Source: Eledone cirrhosa
Taxonomy: Eukaryota
Direction of reading: 5' to 3'
DNA length: 64,000 bases
NCBI GenBank assembly: GCA_964016885.1
Contig: OZ024743.1
Span: forward strand, 161,944,001-162,008,000
The notes below the pieces were generated by a model. The model saw only the letters and a list, made by a program, of their open reading frames with translations. It did not search any database and had not been told where the DNA came from. The first letter of the stretch is position 1. Every line of letters begins with the position of its first letter. Made by a program: the position numbers and the translations under genes. Below are positions 1-13,100 of the stretch, piece by piece.

Positions 1-278
1 ATCAAATTGATAGCAGCCCGAGGAAGGAACCTCATGAGGTGGGATGGCTGTTGCAGCAGGTGTTGCTGGTCATTGTCTGCAGAAATGCCTTTGCCATTTT
101 GTTTGCAGGCCACAACCCTGCTCAGACCTAGGCGTGGAGTCTGCCACCCTCCCCTCCCCCTTTCTTCCTTTGTCTAGTAGTCCTTGCTCTTTCCCTCCTT
201 ATCCTCTCATTTATGGCATTTATAGTCCTTTATGGAAGCCAAAACATGCAATTAAAAATTTATTAGTAATAAAGATAT

Positions 279-455
279 AATTGTTTCTACTTTTGGCACA
301 AGGCCAGCAAATACCAGTACATTACTGGTACTTTATTTTATCAACCCCGTAAGGATGAAAGGCAAAGTTAACCTCGGCGGGATTTGAACTCAGAATGATA
401 AGGGCCGTAACTCTATGTGTCAAAGCATGGCGTCCGACACTGTCAATCCACCGGT
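279..455 (-). mobile_element. tRNA-derived SINE family A copy
   Basis: Near-identical to copies at 2667, 47137, 51852, 60530 and 63053; core aactttgcctttcatccttacggggtcgataaaataaagtacc; pol III A/B-box-like head. Confidence 0.8.
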
Positions 456-1126
456 GCAGTGATTGCAAGGTGTAAGTTATAAGAGAAACGTGTGAGTTGC
501 TAATGTCAAGGATGAGTTGTTTAAGGGCTTTTGTGAATATACATTGGAGATTGATGGATCTCTGTGGTGCTGCTTCACTCAGGCTTTTGTTAAATTTTAG
601 TATTTTTATAAATTTGTCTAGTTTCCAAATTGTGAGGATTTGGCAGTGTTTATATGGTTAGTTGAAGATGTTAAGTGCAATAATTATTTCAGATCTTAGA
701 CATTTTGATTTGTTTTCTCTTTTCCTCTTTTTAAAATAGTGTGGTTTATGTTGGTAGAGATTTGGCTGCTATTTTTAGCAGGTTGAAGATCCAATAGAAT
801 GGAGATTTTTATGTAAGGGTGTCAATTTTTAATTCACTCTTGTATATATTACTTATACATATTTTATCAGAACAGCTCAAAGGAAACAGAAATTAGTCAA
901 ATCCCTGTGTATTAATGGTATATGTTTTTAATCTACACATTGGGATGCAATACAATAGTGGATCTTGCCGAATTTGAATTAAGAATATGAAGCATCAAAT
1001 CATGTACCTAGTTACATCTATCTTCTGTGTTAATTTTTCTATCCCAAATACTTGTGAAAATATGATATACCCTCATATGTGCAGAAATTTTAAGTAATAG
1101 GAGTTTTGTTTTAATTTCATTTTCAG

Positions 1127-1191
1127 TTCTAAATGAAGACCAGAAGCAGACGTTGTCTGAGTTAGTTGATCCTGTTGCCAAATTCTTTGAG
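1127..1191 (+). CDS. ACADVL: ACADVL exon (first in window): (V)[21 protein letters not shown]
   Basis: tttcag acceptor, GAG|gtaagt donor; resembles VLCAD [22 protein letters not shown]. Confidence 0.9.
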
Positions 1192-4100
1192 GTAAGTTCA
1201 AAGAATTAGCCATTTCATTACCATATATCTAATGAGATATGCTGTATTTGAATTAATTAATGAAGGATTAGGGGTGATATAAAAAATTATTAATAATTTC
1301 AATATTAAGATAGTATTTATAAGATAACTTAAAAAATAGTCCTTATATCAAATTATGTCAGAAGATTTTAGTTTAAATAGAAACCTTAGTGGTTTTGTTT
1401 CATAGAACCGGGGGCAGTATTGGGCAGGTTGGTATCGAAAGAGTTAAACTTTAAGGGTTTTTTTTTTGTTTTTTTTTTGTATTTGTTGATTCTTTATTCA
1501 TAGTTGTATAAATAACATTACAAATCGTTTGCAATTCTTTCAGAATGAAAATATAAACAGAGCATATAAATAAATTTACAGTAGAATAACATAACAAATA
1601 TGTTTTAAATATATACATAAATAACTTTACAAATGCTTCGATAACATTATAAATAATATATACATAAATAACTTTACAAATGCTTCGATAACATTATAAA
1701 TAGCTCACGGTTCATTCAGAAGGATATATTCTTTTAATGTTACAATATTAAAGAAAATGTAAAGGAAGGAGTGAACAACCGAGCCAACACCAAAGCAAAA
1801 GACAGCAGCATCGCGAGGAGTACTGGGCAACCTCTCTAATGATTTTTGAGGCAACCCAGCACACTTGCAGCGTTGCCTCGGGTGATGCAGAGGCTGATGC
1901 ACTGAAACAGCCAAGTGCCCTCGCCAGATTCGCCAGTTACCTCTTTTAGGCGAGCCACCAGTGAAGAGATGAACCCCAAACGTCTCGAAAGCCACAGGCT
2001 GAAAAATGTAGCTGGCCGACAGATCAGAGTATTTGAGGGTCTTACTCCGCTTGGCTGCGGATGCTGTGGCTCTCATCCTAACCGCAGCATCCAGGATGTG
2101 GGAAAGAGCAAAAGAGTCACTAACAGTGACGTCCCAGACAAGGCACCTGCCTCTCGACCAGGGGCACAGGTCTTTTGCCATCACTTTTGGACAACCCAGA
2201 TGGTTCCAAGACTGAGGGGATATTCGCCCGGGCCAAAGGTCTCTTCAGAATGAGGTTTAGCACTGTGTGACGCGCGAAGCAGCTGGCATTCATGCGGTAA
2301 GAAAGACCATGGAGGCCTGTAGAGTCGAGGAGTTTGCCGCATCGGCACCTCAAACCCATGCAGACGTCAGCTCCCACTCTGAGGGCGATGGAGACACGAA
2401 GTTCGTCCAGGCTGAGTAGGCCACCAACGTTGGCCACAGGTAGGGCATCAACCCAGTCGCCTGAGTATTTGGTGCTGGCAGATAGTAAGCGGCACCTTGA
2501 AAACTGATCTGACTGGATAAAGAGGGAGTCGAAGGTGGCCTTCGAACTTTAAGGTTGGATCTAATATTGGAACAGAAACAATGTCTCTAATTTATGAAGC
2601 AATTATGCCTTTTTGATTATAGAAAGACTTTGAAATAAGGGATGAATTAGCTAGTTTAGATGTAAATAATTGTTTCTACTTTTGGCACAAGGCCAGCAAT
2701 AATTATCCCAGTGTATTACTGGTACTTTATTTTATCGACCCCGTAATGATGAAAGGCAAAGTTAACCTCGGCGGGATTTGAACTCAGTCCGTAAAGGGAC
2801 GTAACTATGCTGCACAGCATGGCGTCCGACTCTCTACCAATGCTGCCAATAATAAAAACTCTTAATGATTTGATCAAGACTTAGCCTTTAGATTCCATTA
2901 CATCATCATTTGATCAGATTTCATGTGATATATATTGTTGCAATAGTTTACCTCAGTTAGTAGCTGTTGCATTACCTCAGTTAGTAGCTGAAGCTGCTGT
3001 TATACATCCAAACATTCTTGACCATATCTAAAGAAAGGTCCAACAAATGGCAAATTTTCACTCACAATCAACACACTACAGCCACTACCACATTCCCTTC
3101 TGTAACCTATATTGCTACTACAACTTTTACACACCATAAACACCCTACAACCACTATCACATCTTCTCAGTATCTCGTAATACTACTAAAACCATCTTAT
3201 ACCAACACTACAACCATCACTCACCCCCAACATACTACAGCCACTACCACATTCCCCATCTGTAATTTATGCCGTTACCTTTACTCACTATAAACCCACT
3301 ACAACCTCTACTCAGCTCCAACATACTACAACCATTACCATGTCATCTCAGTATGTTACACTAGTTCTACAACCTTCTCATACCAATACATTACAACCCT
3401 TATTCATCAACTCACTACACTCACTACTGCATCCTCTGTATGTCTCTTTTTCTATTATTTTGTGTTTATTGATTTGATTTGAAGGAAGGAAATGTGTCCA
3501 GGGCCTTTGTAAGTCCTCTGACACTGGTGAGCACTTACCATTAATATAATACAACCCATGCTAACCCTTCCTGTTTCTTATACTACTATTACAACTTTCA
3601 CTCAATTCCAACACTATCATCTCTTTCAATTGACTCTTACACTGCTACTGTGACCTTCACTTACTATGAACACATTTCAACTAGTAATAATAACATATTG
3701 ATGTACTGTATCTTTCCACTGTCTCTTCTGCCATTACTTTAACTGTTCTGTTCCTTTAAAATAACATTCTACCCCAATTTCACCCAAAGAACTCATCTAA
3801 TGTCAGCTCTATTGTATTTACACCCAGTTGTGGCTCATGTATAGGCGCTGCAGAACAGCAGCATCCCCTATTTTCAATCAATATTATCAATAAAATTCAA
3901 TATAATGTCTTTTTTTCTTTAATTCTTTCTTTATACTTGTACATTATATAACCCTTAAGCCTAATGTCAGTAGCCTACCCTTGTTCATAAAAAATTAGAA
4001 AAATCCTTGTATGGAACTGTGTGCTTCACAGTTCCAGTGATGTAGTGTTTGGGTGTTGTGCAGATGCACACATGTCCGAGAAAAGAAGCTAAATGGTGGC

Positions 4101-7100
4101 TAGAGAGAGCACTGTTGCTCATGCAGTACCGACCCTGTTGTCCGAGTGCAAGGTAGTGTACCATATTGATAGTTGTTTTTTTTTTGGGGGGGGGGGTTAA
4201 TGAGAGAAGTGCCAAGAAATCCCAGTAGAAGGAAGGTGCACTAGAGAAAGGTCACAAAAAACATGGGCGGAGGTGGTGGGAGCAGACCTCAGATCACTGA
4301 AACTCACCAAGAAGATGACAAAGGACTGTGACAAGTGGAGAGATGCTGTGCTGAATAGGACCCATCCAACCCTTGCAAGCAGGGAAAAGCGGACGTAAAA
4401 TGATGATGATGATGATGATAACCTCCTTGCATCCCTAAGAAATAAGTTCTGTGGCAGTAAGTGAACTTCAACAGCTTCAGTTTTCACAGTTGTCTCCATG
4501 AGAAAGTTACAAGTAAGAAAGGTGGCCGTTCAACACCTGATATTCAAATATCTCAGCCAGGAATAAGTAACAACAAGAACTATATATAAATATAAACAAA
4601 ATGAAAGAAAAAACTGAAAAACATGAGAAGTCAAAAAAGCATATTAAAAATGTGTTTTTTTGCATCTAAATTAGATCCAGATTTAAAGAATCACTTAGAA
4701 AACGATAAGGTCTTCAAAGGTGTTTCTAAGATAATTCAGAATGCCTGCTGCAAATGTACCATGAGTAGATAAGGACAGAAATTAGAGAAGCTTTGTTTGT
4801 AACTGTCATGGCTGATGACTTAACAGATGTTTCGCAATGAACACAAATGGTCATTGTTCTACAGTACGTATTGAATGAAGAAATATTTTAGCATTTTGGG
4901 GAGATTCTTTATTCCAGAAAATCAAACTGCAGATGCCATATCAAAGCGTATTCTAGAACAATTAGATATAATCCTTCAAGGAAATAGACAAAAACTGATA
5001 GCTCAGACATTTGATGGTGCAAATGTCATGAAAGGCAAAAAAGCAGGAGTTCAAGCAAAATTAAAAGCAGTTTATAGCAAAGCACATTTCATTCACTGTT
5101 ATGCACATCAAATTAAATTAATAAAGAGAAATGCTGTATTACACGGAACGCAAGAATATTTTTCTCTAACATTTGGCTATTCCAACATTCTTTTCAAAAG
5201 CTCCACAACTTGTATCCATTTTCAAGAAGCATATGGACATCAGCATTCCCCGTCCATCCTCTACAAAGTGGAATTTTAACATACGGACTGTGAACAGAGT
5301 TCATGAAAATTTGTAGCCTTTAAAAAACTGCCTCACTGAAATTCAGTCGATATCAAATTCAGATCAAACCATCAAAGCAACAGGAATTTTTTGGTTAGAG
5401 ATTTTTCATCAGATTATGCCTCATGCTGAAGTAATTTACAACCAAATGCAATCTCAAGAAATTAGTGTGTTTTAAGTCAATGAATTTATAAACATTTCAA
5501 AACTGCTATTTTAGAAATAAGAAACTCGAAGTATTGTAAGAATCCTTCAAAGACACTCATGGCAGAAGCAAAGGAAGTGTGTGACTACATATGTGTCGAT
5601 ATAATGGACACATATTCTTCCACTAAACACTTAGTAGCTGCTAAATTGTTCAACAAGAAAAGCTTCACTAGTTTTAAGAATGAACTGCCTACAGAAGAGA
5701 TAGTACTGACCACTGAAGCATATCCGATGATTGACAAAGAAAAGCTTGGAACTGAACTAAAAATATTCTATTGTAGATCCGATATGCATGAATATTGCAA
5801 ATTAATTGAGCTGCTGAAATTTATCTTGGAAAATAATCTAGATGTTGTTCTTAATGAAATTACGAAACTGAAAAAAATCCTCTTGACAATTCTCATGACT
5901 ACCAGCCAGAACGGTGGTTTTCAACACTGGAAAGAATAAATACTTTTCTAAGGAGCACTATGAATCCTGAAAGATGAAATGCACTTGCAGTGCTTTCCTC
6001 AACAGTTACCCAGGGGTCAAAGAAAATTATTAACACTTTGGCTCAAAGTAAAATAGATTTCATTTTTAAATGAATGGATCAAGCTTGAACTATAATAATT
6101 TATTAGTAAGTAATAAATAATTTTTTCGTTTAGGATTTTATCAAGTTTATGTATAAATTTTCATTTTACACAATATTAAAACAACGGCTAAAAATTTCTG
6201 AAGCAGCACCCCAACTAATTTTAGCCACGAGCTACCACTGGTTACACCCTCTCTAAATCTAATAAATACTTTTCAACACTTTGTCTTTGGAACTACATTT
6301 TTAAAAAAACTTATCTCCACCAACAATTTCCCCTATGGGCATCTTAAAGAAGTTTAAGCAGAATATCAATCACATTGATTTCGTCTTTCTGAGGGTACCT
6401 GTAAACATATAGGATCTTCCGCAGGTTCTTCAAATCATACCCCATCGTCTTCGAAAAGGAAGGCTACATAGTGTATCTAATACAGTCTAAAAAGGTTCAT
6501 GTCTTTGGTGTTATAATATTTTAGGAAGTGAATGATGCCACAAAGAATGATCAGCTTGAGAAAGTTGATGATGTTACCATGGACGGTCTCAAAGAAATGG
6601 GAGCTTTTGGCCTGCAGGTTCCATATGATTATGGTAAGTGAATTATCATATATTCCTGAAAGGTTAAAATTGTAAGTCAAATTGACACAAAGGAATGTGA
6701 ATTAAGTTTATTCTTGCTCATACCAAATATGGAATTTATGGTGTTGTGCTCTTTTGGTTGATTTGGTATTTTATCTGTGAGAAATTGATAAGTTCTAGTT
6801 GAAAAAAGATGGGGGGATACCGATTTGGAAGAAGTGTCCAACCAACTAACAGTTTAGGTCCTCATATTACTGGGTTCAAATCCTGTCAAAATAATGTGTG
6901 ATACTTCAAATACAGTTTACATTTCTCCTACTCTGGGATTTGTTGCAACAGGCAGGTACATGTGTATGTGTGTGTTTGTCTTTAGGTGTTCAAAAGTTAC
7001 TCATTTACCATCAATGAAGCTGCTCTCTTTTAGAAACATCATAACCATTCAACATTTGTTAGGTTTGAAAGAGTTAAATCCAATACTAATTAATACAATG

Positions 7101-10100
7101 AGGGATTATCCATCAGTAACTGATCTCTTGTCTTTTAACTGATTTTCTAAATTATTGAAAACATGTTTTCCTATTTCAGGGGGCTTGGGCCTTAATAATA
7201 CAATGTATGCTCGACTCGTTGAAATTGTTGGTGCTCATGACCTTGGCGTTGGTATCACTCTTGGAGCACATCAGGTAGAAATTTCTGGGTTTCTTTTTTC
7301 CTTTAGTTGCATTTAAGGCACAATTCATCTTGTATGTGTGTTGCTTTGAAACATAATCTTCACACCAACTCTATATTTACACACAAAAAAGGGATTGTCA
7401 CATGCTGTGGAGTGTGATGTCTAAATAATTTCATTCATATTTTTGTCAGGGAACATACTACAAAGTAAGTAATAGAATGTTTATAAGGTGCATTTATGGT
7501 ATATGAATGAGAAAGCATGTGACTCTGCTAAACTGGGTCTGAGTAGATTTTCAGGAGTCACTCTAATGTGGCTTTTAATTCTAAACAATGAGACTTTTAA
7601 TCCCTAAATAATCCCCACAGCAAGATTAAGTATGTTTACATACACACAATAGATTACATTGTATGTTGTGTGATGTGCTACATAGTTAATATTCATGAGA
7701 GTCATAGACTGATGGCCTCCTAGCAGAAAGATTGATACTTTTCATGCTGTTAATTAGAAGGTTCACGTAGGTACTGTTAGGAGGCACATCTCACTTCTGT
7801 TGGTTTTATTTGTTTGCTGTGTTGATGTAAACCTATGCTAGACTGCTATCATATCCAGGAGAAGTATCTCTCAATTGTTAAATGGTTGAATCACTCTTGC
7901 AAACTAACATTTTCTACTAATAGCAGTAGATAAATCTAAAATTCAATGATTTATTGTTTGGAACAACTGAGCCAGTTGGAACTTTTACTTCACTTATGAA
8001 TGTCTAAATTTATTGAATCTTAAGTAAGACAATTCAACTACGAAAGTGGTGAATTGATTTCTAGTTAATTTAGTTAGCCATTCTCTCCATCTCTGCATCC
8101 AGGTAAGTAGGGTAGGAAATGTGCTGCTGACAGAATTTGATCTTATATACCTTCAGCATATGAATGTTTTACATTCATCTATTGTAACTTGTATTAGATA
8201 TTTTAAAATATTGTTTGTATACATAACATATGTGAGTTTTGTGTGTTGATTGTCAGGAAATTATATATAAGTATATAAAATTCATAAAATAATGTAAAAG
8301 AAAATAGCACCCAGTCCACACTGTAATGTTGGTGTTAGGAAGGGCAGCCAGCTATAGAAACCAAGCCAAAATACAGACCTGACATGTCTCATAATGTGTC
8401 AATCCATGCAAGTGTGGAAAAATAGATGTTAAACAATGATAATGATGAATGTGTCCCATGATAAGAGGGGCATTCTGATATATTATTTTATGAATTTTAT
8501 TACGTTTATTTTTTGTTTTATTGCTTTGCTAAATGTGATCATTCCTAGTTTTCTTTCACTCTAGTTTATTTGTTTTTTGTACTTGTGTATGTATGTATAC
8601 ATATATTTTTAAATGTATTTTCATCAGTCAATTGGCTTCAAAGGTATCTTATTATTTGGGAACAAAGAACAAAAAACCAAATACCTACCTACATTAGCCA
8701 CTGGGGAGAAAATTGCCGCTTTCTGTTTAACTGAATCCTCAAGTGGATCTGATGCCAGTGTAAGTACAATTTTGATGATAATATCACTACTAATGTTACT
8801 AATTCTTCTTTCACATGATAGAATCGTTTTGAAGAAAGAGTGGTGTAACTATAAAGATTTTTTTGTTGATTCCAGTCGAAGACTCAGCTTTAGGGATGTC
8901 AAATGTAGTTTAACATCTATACTGTTACATATTGTAGATAGAATGTCCATATTTGAAGGATCTTGTTTGTTTTGAATTTTGTTTTTATTGTTAAGTCATT
9001 GGTAGTTGAGAGCAGTACACATGATCCATTTGAGAGCCTCCACAGCTGCTGGGAGGTGGGAAGGTATCCTCAAACCAGAGACCTGTCCTGAGTGTTTGCA
9101 ACAGAGAGGACAAAGGCCAAACTGATGTTAAATCAGATGATGGTTTGTCTGCAACCTAGGTAGGCCACAGTAAGATTTAAACTCAGAATACAAAGAGTTT
9201 TGTCAGTCACTCTAACAATTTTACCAATCCACTGCTCTAGATTGGTACTTTGTTTGATTAACTCCGAAAGGATGAAAAGCAAATTTGTGAGATTTGAATT
9301 TCATAACTTAGTCCATCCGCCTTTGTAATTGCTTTTTTCTGGAATATCCCATTTGCACTTGTAACGGTTGGTATTGATACCAACATGCCAATCATTGGGA
9401 AAATACTCTCTTCCTACACTACCTGACCGACTGTGTTAATGTCTACAGTGTTTCAACATTAATTGTTTGGCTGCTGTCCCTACATATCTTTAATAGCTAT
9501 CTATACCATATAGCTGGTTTCTTTGTTGGATCTACTCGGGATAGTCTCTATCTCTCCAAAGCATTTTTTTCATTCAACAACCTTTTGTAAATACCATTTC
9601 CATGCCTCTTCCTTCTTGACATCAGTGAGGGTAAGAGTAGTGCTATGATTATGTACACATTTTCTACACTCTTTAAGGTGGTTGGCATTAGGAAGGGCAT
9701 CCAGGCATAGAAGCCATGCTAAATATGGAACATGAGCTAGATGAGGTCTCTACAATCCAGCTAGTTTCTGTGACAACTTGACCAACTCATGAGAGCATGG
9801 AAAACAGACATAAAATGATGAGGATCATGATGACCAGTGGAGTTTCACCTGAAGGAAGGGAGTATGGGAGTTTCAGGGTATCCTCTTTTCCAAAGTGGAT
9901 TAACTCAAATTTATCCTCATTCAGCAGCATATTGCTCCTTTCTGCTCAATGGATAACAGCCAGTAGATCGGATTGGCAGTATATCCACGGTTAGCCACGC
10001 CATTGATGACCTTCTGGAGCTTGGAATCATCTGCGAAGATTTTTATGCTGCTGTGCTTGATGATGTCAGTAATGTTATTAATATAGATAATGAAAAGAAG

Positions 10101-13100
10101 TGGGTCCAACACAGTGTCTTATGGGACACCACTACTGACGTTGGCTGGGCTGGATTTTACTCCTTTAACTACAACATGTTTGACAGGAAACACTTGATCC
10201 ACTGCAGCAACTTTCCAGTGACACTGATGTTGGATAGTTTTCTTAGTAGAATGTCAAAGGCATTGCTGTAATCAAGGTAAATGACATCAGTGTTTGAGCC
10301 CTCTCCCAAAGCTCTCAAAATGTCATCAAGGTGATGTAGTAGCTGCGTTAGGCAATCCCTTGATTCTAATAGTACCTAATAATTTTCATTGGAAAGTTAC
10401 ATCTGTAATTAAAAATTGATTATATTTTTAGTCCATTCGAACAACTGCCACTCTCTCTGCAGATGGTTCCCATTACATATTAAATGGAAGTAAAATATGG
10501 ATCAGTAATGGTGGTTTGGCTGAAATCTTTACTGTTTTTGCACAGGTTTGTATTTTTTCTGTATTCTTGTAGATGTTGGTCAATTTATTAGAACATATTT
10601 TTATTTTTTATGTACTAGTCTAAGAAAAATGGGCAGTGACTTTGCAGGCTTTCTCATACTGGTGAGATCGTGATTGATGTTCAGTTTGGACATTTATAGG
10701 CCAGTATTTAAAAGAAAAATCATGGACAGGGAGGAATTTCCAGAGGGTTGTTACTGTGAGATGAATAGATTAGGTAAAGTATTTTTATGCAGTGTTTGGG
10801 GTATCTTGGAAGTGACGCATAATAATGGTGATGTGAGAAGAATAGATAACTGAGTTGAGTATGTCAGGATATACAGAAATTAATTTTGAAGATCTGAAGC
10901 CATTGTAGTAACAATAGAATAATCCAAGAAAATAAACAGCATGCATGCAAGTAGTGGAAGCATGTAGCAAAGTGAATCTTTATATATACATACATGTATG
11001 CAAAAAGTAAATGGAAACAACAAAGTACAATGAAGAAATATATTAGTTTAAACCTTGATATAGTAGGAAAAGAGTCTTCACATTTCTGACTCTAGTCCTT
11101 CATCAGAAGATAGAATGAGAAATAAAAGACGAAATAGAGTGTGAGAAGGCTTGGAGAAATCGATAATTTTTTAGGTTTGTCTCCTTTGATTCTTTTTGAA
11201 AAACCAGTATTAATCGTATACTTTAAATATTGAGACCCCCAACCCATCCTATTTATTTCATAATGTATGGGATTTCTTGTAATGTTTTTTAATGTCTAAA
11301 GAAAATTAATTGTTGCAGGAATGCTACCACTTCAAATAAATTTCGCCAGAGATACATTAGCAAAATTTAATAAGCAGAGGACAACGACGATTATTTGAGA
11401 CTCGATATTATCACATTTTTGTAATAATTATAATTATAAAACAAAACAAAAAATAATAACTTTTGGGTATCTTAAATCTGGTTAACATAAATTTATTAAG
11501 ACTGACTATTTCAATGTTACCTACTTCATGCAGGAAGTCATTTTCATTAGAGTCAGAATTTTATCATTTCTATAGAAATTTATCAACACACCTATCATCA
11601 TTAGTTAGTATTAATGATAACAAAAGTATTAAACTTTCAATAAGACTCACCACTCTATTTAATATGTCAACATATCTTTCAAAAGTGAGGAGTATCATGA
11701 ATGTTAGAGAGTTAAACTTTAGACAAACAATAACTACTCTATATGAATTCATCTACATATCTAACACCATTAGTGCTAGGAATGTTAAACTTTAAACCAA
11801 AACACACCACATATCTAAAACCATTAGATTATATTACACAAGTTACATCACTTTATATTATCTAAACACATCATGGCTAAAGAATATACTTATCATCACA
11901 TTATCCTCTAATATTTATCTTGTTTTCAGACTCGTGTCCCCGACAAGAAGAGTGGAATAGAGAAAGACAAAGTTTCAGCATTCATTGTTGAGCGCAGTTT
12001 TGGTGGAGTGACACAGTAAGTTGTTCTTCTAGTAGTTTTTACTGTTATCATTGTTTTTACTAGTCATTCTTGTGGTGTTCCTTGACTTCTCTTGAACTAT
12101 ATTTTATCAGTCTGAGATTAAGAGTCTGTATCTTTAGCCTCAGATAATTCACCCAATAAAAGTGGGTAGAAAGACAGCTACAGGTAGCTCACTTATTACT
12201 CTAGTAAACTACAGTTAAAAGATCAGTGATTGAGGGGAGAGTAGAAGGATTATGTTCTGTGATCTGAGGTACTCATGGATATATATTGTTGATATTGAGC
12301 AAAGAGACCAGAATATTTGTATGTGTGATGTGGCAAATTTGTGAGCAATATTTCAGTGCTCGAGGAAGTTGTGCATTGGCAGTGGCCAGCAGATATGCAG
12401 CCTAAAATAATTGCTATTTTATATACATAGCAAGGGCAATGGATCAGCAGAACTATTAATGTGTTGGATGAAATGCCATTACAGTATCTCATTATGGCCA
12501 TCTATGTTCTGGTTTCAAATCCTGCTAAAGTCAACTTTGCCTTTCACCTTCCAGGGTAAAAAATAATAAAGTACTGGGATTGGTATAATCAACTTTTCCT
12601 CCACCCCTCTCAAATTGTTGGCCTTATACCTAAATTAGAAACCATTATATACACACAATACAACAAGCATTTCAAGATCAACTTCCCTGCTAAAGCAGGA
12701 GTTAGCTTTGTGGGCCACATGACAAGCTTCCTATCCATCCGATGTAGTTTGTAAAGGAGAGAAAACTATGTCATGTGATGCATATGAACACTCACCATTG
12801 AGTAAAGAAGTGTCATGTAATTCAAGCAGAAGAACCCTGTGAAAGAGCAAAACATGCAAAGAAATGGTGATGGCTGATTATGAAGAGGTAAGACACCTTG
12901 CTGCAGAAAACCTGTCCAGCCCATGCAAGCATGGAAAAACATGTAAAATGATGATGTTGATGACAATGATGATATATATATATGGTTAGTTTCAGAAGAT
13001 CCCATTAAGGGTGAAAGCAGCGATTCTTTGCTTAAACTTTAATCTGTTATTTTAATAAATATATATATATATATTTAATAAATAATATATATATATATAT

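Noticed and set aside
8613-8975. Stand-alone 120-aa ORF (likewise ORFs 22109-22312 and 32616-32900)
   Set aside because: Each is a single ACADVL exon read through into intron.
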